Assembly (NCBI GenBank): GCA_030606485.1 | Contig: JAUWGH010000005.1 | Location: 300,001 to 332,000, forward strand | DNA: 32,000 bases | Source of the DNA: Promethearchaeota archaeon | Lineage (GTDB): Archaea > Asgardarchaeota > Lokiarchaeia > Sigyniarchaeales > SOKP01 | Direction: 5' to 3' | Part shown: positions 26,948 through 32,000 of the stretch, in pieces | Numbering within the stretch: the first letter of the stretch is position 1 | How the letters are laid out: each line of letters opens with the position of its first letter | Program-made: the position numbers and the translations under genes | The notes under the pieces: generated by a model | Told to the model about the DNA's origin: nothing | Seen by the model: the letters and a program-made list of their open reading frames with translations, nothing else | The model's database searches: none

Positions 26948-27841
26948 ATGATAGTGAAAAAAGAAATACATCAATGGAAAAAAGACGCAGTTGACGATTT
27001 AGCAGATCTTATACAAAAATATAAAGTTTTAGGATTAGTTGACTTATCAAATATGCCTGATAACTTAATTCAATTAATTCGAATGAAGCTTAGAGATAAA
27101 GCGCTAATAAAGATGTCTAAAAAATCTTTAATATTAAGGGCATTAGAAAAATCTGAAAAAAAATCAAAAAAGAAAAATCTTATTAAATTTGGAGAGAAAA
27201 TTTTGGGTCAATCTGGCCTTATCTTTACAAATGAAGATCCATTCGCATTAAAACGTTTGTTTGATGAAAATAGGCTGAGAAGATTTGCCAAAGAAGGTGA
27301 TATTGCACAAGAAGATATAATCGTATATGAAGGAGATACGGGACTACCTACTGGACAAGCTATTACAGAACTCCATTTAGTTTTAAAATTGCCAACTAAA
27401 ATTAAAAATGATACAATTTGGATTACTTCTGATAAAATAACCCATTATCAAGGTGATGTAATTCCATTAAAAGAAGCAATTGTTTTAAGAAAGTTAAATA
27501 TTAAGCCTATTGAAGTAAATATTAAATTTTATTGTGCATGGGATAATGGAGAAATCATTCCTGACTCAATATTGAATTTAGACGTTGAAGACATTAAACG
27601 TCAATTATCATTAGGCATCTTGCAAGCTTTAGATGTTGCATGTGAATTACCGTTTTTAATAGATGATGCAGTTGAATATTGTGCGAGAAAAGCAGCTTTA
27701 AATGCAAACATAGTTTATTCACAAATATTTGAAGAAAAAACATTTCAAATTGAAGAAGATAAAGTTGAAGAAGTGGAAGAAGAACCAGAATTGAAAGATG
27801 AAGACCAACCACCAGAAGGATTAGGTAGTTTATTTGGATAA
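26948..27841 (+). CDS. rpl10: Acidic ribosomal protein P0 (uL10)
   Basis: WKKDAV, Q.IR..LR, AKEGDIAQEDI...GDTGLPTG and acidic tail ending GLGSLFG. Confidence 0.95.
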   Translation: MIVKKEIHQWKKDAVDDLADLIQKYKVLGLVDLSNMPDNLIQLIRMKLRDKALIKMSKKSLILRALEKSEKKSKKKNLIKFGEKILGQSGLIFTNEDPFALKRLFDENRLRRFAKEGDIAQEDIIVYEGDTGLPTGQAITELHLVLKLPTKIKNDTIWITSDKITHYQGDVIPLKEAIVLRKLNIKPIEVNIKFYCAWDNGEIIPDSILNLDVEDIKRQLSLGILQALDVACELPFLIDDAVEYCARKAALNANIVYSQIFEEKTFQIEEDKVEEVEEEPELKDEDQPPEGLGSLFG

Positions 27842-27921
27842 TTTTATAAAATTTATTAAAAAAGAGAAATAAAAAAATAAAAAAAAATAAAATAAAAATT
27901 AAAATAAAGGAGGAAATAACT

Positions 27922-28224
27922 ATGGAGTCGATATATGCAGCCCTATTAATTTTCAAGGCAAAAGGAAATAAAGCAATAACTGAAGCGAATCTTGATAAAG
28001 TTTTAAAAGCCGCAGGTGCAGATGTAGATCCAGAACAAATTAAAAAACTAATTATAGGACTAAAATCAACAGATTTGGATGCGATAATCAAGAACGCAAG
28101 TACGATGCCAGTAGGAGTCTCAACTGCACCAGTAGAAGACAAGAAAAAACCTTCGAAGAAAAAGAAAGAACCTGAGAAGGAAGAAGTTGAGGAAGAGCCC
28201 GCGGGAATTGGTAGTCTATTCTAA
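27922..28224 (+). CDS. rpl12: Ribosomal stalk protein P1/L12
   Basis: MESIYAALL, ITEANLDKVLKAAG and EEVEEEPAGIGSLF tail. GGAGG SD upstream. Confidence 0.95.
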   Translation: MESIYAALLIFKAKGNKAITEANLDKVLKAAGADVDPEQIKKLIIGLKSTDLDAIIKNASTMPVGVSTAPVEDKKKPSKKKKEPEKEEVEEEPAGIGSLF

Positions 28225-28361
28225 AAGTATTAAAAAAATATAAAGATTATTTTTTATATTATCTTTATTTTAAATCATTTTTGTCATTAAAGATTTAATT
28301 TGATTAATGAATAAGAATGATGAGATTTATTTAAAAAAATATTAATTAAAACGTCCTTTAA

Positions 28362-28904
28362 TTAAAAATCCACTTTTGCATGTTTTTTCATACTTTCTTC
28401 AAGAAGAATTTGAGCCAAAACTTCGAATGCTTTTTCTACGTTATGACCCGTCTTTGAACTTAACTCAACAAATGATCTCATGTTATATCTCTTTGCAGCA
28501 TTTATACCCTCCTCTCTTTTCACAGCTCGATATTCAGTCAAATCAGCTTTTGCACCAACCAACATTAAAGGGACATCTCCTGCATTTTCTCGTACAATAT
28601 AACTCCAGTCCGGTAAATGCGATAGACTAGCAGAATGTGTTATGTCGTACAGAATAAATGCTCCACTAGCTCCTTTAACGTACTGCGGGAGTAGAAATCT
28701 GAACCTTTCTTCACCCCCAAAATCCCAAAGTTGAAGTTTTATCCGTTCACCGTTAAAAAAAACTTTTTTAGAAAAGAAATCCACTCCAATGGTGAGCCTT
28801 AGGTCCTCTACAAAAAAACCTGAGATATATCTTAATGTTAGTGAAGTTTTTCCGACCGATGCATCCCCAAGCATAAGGACTTTAAATGTATAGTCTGATT
28901 CCAT
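28362..28904 (-). CDS. Rab-like small GTPase (Ras superfamily, eukaryotic signature protein)
   Basis: G1 GDASVGKTS, G2 TIGVDF, G3 WDFGGE, G4 GAKAD, G5 SSK; RFRFLLPQYVKGASG. No C-terminal Cys. Confidence 0.93.
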   Translation of the reverse strand: MESDYTFKVLMLGDASVGKTSLTLRYISGFFVEDLRLTIGVDFFSKKVFFNGERIKLQLWDFGGEERFRFLLPQYVKGASGAFILYDITHSASLSHLPDWSYIVRENAGDVPLMLVGAKADLTEYRAVKREEGINAAKRYNMRSFVELSSKTGHNVEKAFEVLAQILLEESMKKHAKVDF

Positions 28905-29094
28905 TAATTTTTCCGTATTTCTTTTTTAATATGGCAATTACAATTAATATTATTTTGATAATATATTCTTTATACATTATTTATATTACATATCGAGTTA
29001 ATAAATTTTTTTTATTATTTGAATAATGATACTGATGTTCTGCATTTCTGACAAATTTCAATTCCCTTTTGCTTTCAAATGTTCTTATTTATTC

Positions 29095-29259
29095 TTACTT
29101 GAGTTTAATTAAAATAAAAAAACCCATTTCCAATAATTCATCTTTGAAAGAACACTTATCTAAAAATTTTGCGATTAAAGCCGGTATAACAATGAAAAAT
29201 ATTTCAAATAATGTTAAAAAAATCAAAATAATTGGTTCTTGCCCTAAATTTAGCGACAT
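29095..29259 (-). CDS. Small 54-aa membrane protein or truncated gene remnant (not in the supplied ORF track)
   Basis: ATG 29259 to TAA 29095 reads MSLNLGQEPIILIFLTLFEIFFIVIPALIAKFLDKCSFKDELLEMGFFILIKLK. It is the in-frame antisense of the + ORF 29069..29293. Confidence 0.45.
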   Translation of the reverse strand: MSLNLGQEPIILIFLTLFEIFFIVIPALIAKFLDKCSFKDELLEMGFFILIKLK

Positions 29260-29397
29260 TGGAATACACCAGAATCTCGTTTTTACGAAGTAATTAAGAA
29301 TTTAATAATTTTTTTTTAATTTAAAATTTTTTAAATTAACGTAAATCAACGCTCTCTATTCTTTTAAATTATAAATAGTTTTATGTTAAAATAATCA

Positions 29398-30663
29398 ATG
29401 ATAGAACAAGGTATGATTAAAAAGAATCATTCAAAAGGCTACTCCAAACAAGAAAGATCAATTGGCACAACCAAAGAACGTTGCTTAACTGTTGATTTAA
29501 CCAAAATTGCTAAAGAATTTTCAAGTATTGAGAAGACTAAGCAATCTTTTGCGCAACTTATTCGAAATCAACTACCAAATCTTGATTTTTCTGAATACAT
29601 AACATTTTACAGTTATCGTATAAAAGAGATGTCCTTGGTAAAACCAGTGAAACCTACAAGTATTAAAGGGTTAAGGATTGCAGCAGTTGATGGAAGTCTT
29701 GTTACAAAAAAATTCCAAGGGATTGATTTAATCTTCTTGAAATCTATCGTGGTAAAATATTTCTTTACAAGCCAACATTCTGCAGAAATAAAATATTATC
29801 CTGATGTTAGTGGCTATAATAATTATTCTATTCAAACTAATTATTTTAATATTAATGAAAATGGCATTGATCTAACTGGGTCTTTAGAGCAAACTTTCAT
29901 GGAAATAAATCAATTAAATTCTATGCTAAAAAATAATGAGGAATATATTGATTTAATAATTTTGGATGGTTCAATCCTTGTTACTCCTATCAATTTATTA
30001 TTTTCGAAAAATTATGAAATTTCTAAAAGATATGACCGAGTTCTTAGAGAATATAGAAACCTCTATAAAAAATGTCAAGAGAGGGGTATCACATTAGTCG
30101 GCTCAATTAAAGATACTCGAACGGCAGCTTTAACTAATACACTTACTCAAACTATCCAAATGTTAATTTCTGAAAAAAAAATACTTCAAGAGTTCCTTAA
30201 AATTAATTATCGTGAAATAATTAAATATTTTTCAGATTATGATCTCTTTTCGAGAGTATTAAATGTAGGAGAAAGAAGTTGTGTTTTTAGATGTAATACT
30301 GATATTGATAAGATAAGACATACTAATATTAAGAAGAATATCCCAAATTACTTTCCTGTAGATTTTTTTGCATTTTACTTAAAAAATGTCCCTTATGATA
30401 ACCCATTAAGAATAGAATTTTTCATGGATGAGAGCCATGATATTAAAGATATTTCGAAAAAAGCAGATTTAATTGCATCCATAATATACCCGCTTTCAAA
30501 TCTTAATAAAAATTATGGATTGCCGGTTTGTCAGATTGAAGCCCACCAAAGGTCTGTCTTTAAATCTGATGAGATAAATTTAATCTTTAATTCATTAAAA
30601 ACACTCTTACACAAATATGGTATCTCTTTTTTTGAAAAAAGAAGAAACCGACGACCGTTTTAA
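29398..30663 (+). CDS. nurA: DNA double-strand break repair nuclease NurA
   Basis: IAAVDGS and LIILDGS acidic motifs, VGSIKDT, and C-terminal YGLP..QIEAHQRS. Confidence 0.85.
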   Translation: MIEQGMIKKNHSKGYSKQERSIGTTKERCLTVDLTKIAKEFSSIEKTKQSFAQLIRNQLPNLDFSEYITFYSYRIKEMSLVKPVKPTSIKGLRIAAVDGSLVTKKFQGIDLIFLKSIVVKYFFTSQHSAEIKYYPDVSGYNNYSIQTNYFNINENGIDLTGSLEQTFMEINQLNSMLKNNEEYIDLIILDGSILVTPINLLFSKNYEISKRYDRVLREYRNLYKKCQERGITLVGSIKDTRTAALTNTLTQTIQMLISEKKILQEFLKINYREIIKYFSDYDLFSRVLNVGERSCVFRCNTDIDKIRHTNIKKNIPNYFPVDFFAFYLKNVPYDNPLRIEFFMDESHDIKDISKKADLIASIIYPLSNLNKNYGLPVCQIEAHQRSVFKSDEINLIFNSLKTLLHKYGISFFEKRRNRRPF

Positions 30664-30665
30664 AA

Positions 30666-31343
30666 TTAAACCCTTGTAATACAATGTAAGATAATATCCT
30701 CAAAAAAAAAATGAGTTTTTATTAAAATTTTTAGCTCAAACCCCAATTCTTCTATTTTCGCATAGAGTAAATCAAGAGCTGAATTAGTAGAAAATAAGAA
30801 ATAGATAAAAGATTTTTCTATAGGAGATAAAAATTCTATTGATTGAATTAAAAAATTTTCAAATATTTCAATTCCTTTTTTCCCGCCGTCCCAGCTATAA
30901 AAATTTCTTTTTTCATTTTTTTTTTTAAAAATTGACTCGGAAGGTAAATAAGGTGGGTTGAAAAAAATAATTTTAAATTTATGTTTCAATGAAATTGGAA
31001 AATTTTTAAAAAGATTAGAGTGAATAAAGACAATTTCATTCTCTAAGCTATTTTTTTTGGCATTTTTTTTCGAAAGTTTAATTGCATCTAGGAGGATATC
31101 AGAGGCGTAAATCTTAATATTCAAACCTAAATTGGATTTAAAATATTTTGCAAAAAAAATAGCAATTATTCCTGTACCCGTGCCCATATCGAGAATATAT
31201 GAAATTTTATTTAATTTTATTCCATCAATATTATCTTTGTTAATGAATTGCTTGAAATATTTCAAAAATAAGTAAGTATCATCTAAAGGTTTATATACAT
31301 TTTTATTAAAATCTAAGTTTAATTCCTTAGATATGTCATCCAA
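30666..31343 (-). CDS. hemK: HemK2/Mtq2-like SAM-dependent methyltransferase (putative release factor Gln methyltransferase)
   Basis: VYKPLDDTYL, LDMGTGTG, ASDI, SNLF, FNPPY and WDGGKKG; conserved neighbour of rsmA. Confidence 0.88.
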   Translation of the reverse strand: MDDISKELNLDFNKNVYKPLDDTYLFLKYFKQFINKDNIDGIKLNKISYILDMGTGTGIIAIFFAKYFKSNLGLNIKIYASDILLDAIKLSKKNAKKNSLENEIVFIHSNLFKNFPISLKHKFKIIFFNPPYLPSESIFKKKNEKRNFYSWDGGKKGIEIFENFLIQSIEFLSPIEKSFIYFLFSTNSALDLLYAKIEELGFELKILIKTHFFFEDIILHCITRV

Positions 31344-31368
31344 AGAAATTGTATTGGAATTATCCTTT

Positions 31369-31998
31369 CTAATCCTTATCCCACAACTTTTTTAACTTAA
31401 TTAATTTTGCAATTTTTATGAGGTCATCTTTTGAAAATGCTCTCACTTTTTTCTCTTTCTGATTACCTTCTAATAGATTATATATTTCATTTCTTCCAAC
31501 CTTAAAAATCCTCAGATATAAATATAAAGCTTTAGAAATGTTTTTATTCTTATAAGGAAAAATCCCTCTTAATAAATCTAAATATAATTTTCTATTATTC
31601 TTATCTTTTAAAAAAATATCAATATTTTGATGAGGTATAAGCTTAATCATAGATAATTTGATTTTTGGAACTGGATAAAAACAATGTGGTGGAACTTCTT
31701 TAATTATTGTAGGTTTTACAAACGTATTCACGGATACACTCAAACGGCTATAATTTTTATCATTTGGTTTGGCGACTATTCTCTTAGCTAAACTTTCTTC
31801 AATAATTATATATACTTCAGGAATTTCTTCCATTAAAAAAAATTTTGAAATAATTGGACCTGTCATCGTATATGGAATATTTGAAACTACCTTGTTATGG
31901 GGGGGAATTTCAATCTTTAAGAAATTTCCATAAATTAGATCCAAATTCTCAATGTTTGAAGTATATTCCTTTAAAAAGTTATAGAGTTTGATGTCATA
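31369..31998 (-). CDS. rsmA: 16S rRNA (adenine-N6,N6)-dimethyltransferase KsgA/Dim1, 5'-partial
   Basis: VVSNIPYTMTGP, A.RIVAKP...YSRLSV and FYPVPK. The frame is open to the window edge (YDIKLYNFLKEY). Confidence 0.93.
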   Translation of the reverse strand, partial: YDIKLYNFLKEYTSNIENLDLIYGNFLKIEIPPHNKVVSNIPYTMTGPIISKFFLMEEIPEVYIIIEESLAKRIVAKPNDKNYSRLSVSVNTFVKPTIIKEVPPHCFYPVPKIKLSMIKLIPHQNIDIFLKDKNNRKLYLDLLRGIFPYKNKNISKALYLYLRIFKVGRNEIYNLLEGNQKEKKVRAFSKDDLIKIAKLIKLKKLWDKD

Positions 31999-32000
31999 TT

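Noticed and set aside
148-28630. Overlapping alternative-frame or antisense ORFs in the track (e.g. 148..465, 2202..2417, 2281..2499, 3143..3415, 3611..3847, 3739..3987, 7982..8239, 8734..8973, 9578..9862, 10453..10743, 11750..12001, 18289..18561, 21774..22070, 25613..26047, 27594..28142, 28376..28630)
   Set aside because: They lie on top of well-supported genes, show no recognisable motifs and look like shadows of the coding strand.
29069-29293. Plus-strand 74-aa ORF
   Set aside because: It is the in-frame antisense of a more protein-like minus-strand ORF (29095..29259); its K/I/N-rich composition is typical of a shadow.
1-32000. Selenocysteine/pyrrolysine readthrough or programmed frameshifts
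   Set aside because: All recognised proteins appear full length without internal stops, and I saw no split gene requiring recoding.

Overview
AT-rich archaeal chromosome segment, most likely from an Asgard archaeon of the Lokiarchaeia type. This is inferred from a Rab-like GTPase, a 7TM-longin-like protein, a long 22-aa LRR protein and archaeal informational genes. Both ends are conserved housekeeping blocks: rpoE1-spt4-DPCK-rps24e-rps27ae-kae1-bud32 on the left, and rpl11-rpl1-rpl10-rpl12, nurA, hemK and rsmA on the right. The centre-left (4.7-13.2 kb) is a compact C1-cofactor biosynthesis island: DUF1464-afpA-DHPS-like (+), amidohydrolase-arfC-cofG-cofH (-) and a divergent mptA (+). The most promising leads are the two uncharacterised enzymes embedded in it. 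One is a deaminase-type amidohydrolase coupled to a reductase that lacks its own deaminase domain, a candidate for the archaeal riboflavin/FO pyrimidine deaminase. The other is an ASKHA-fold DUF1464 protein, a candidate for an unassigned methanopterin or methanofuran step. The 13-25 kb stretch is accessory: DAG-kinase-like, nucleotidyltransferase, 7TM-longin, crotonase and M24 enzymes with altered active sites, glycosyltransferase, two-module LRR, EndoQ, Zn ribbon and MFS. No tRNA, rRNA, CRISPR array or mobile element was recognised. All family assignments come from motif recognition by eye; no database search was run.
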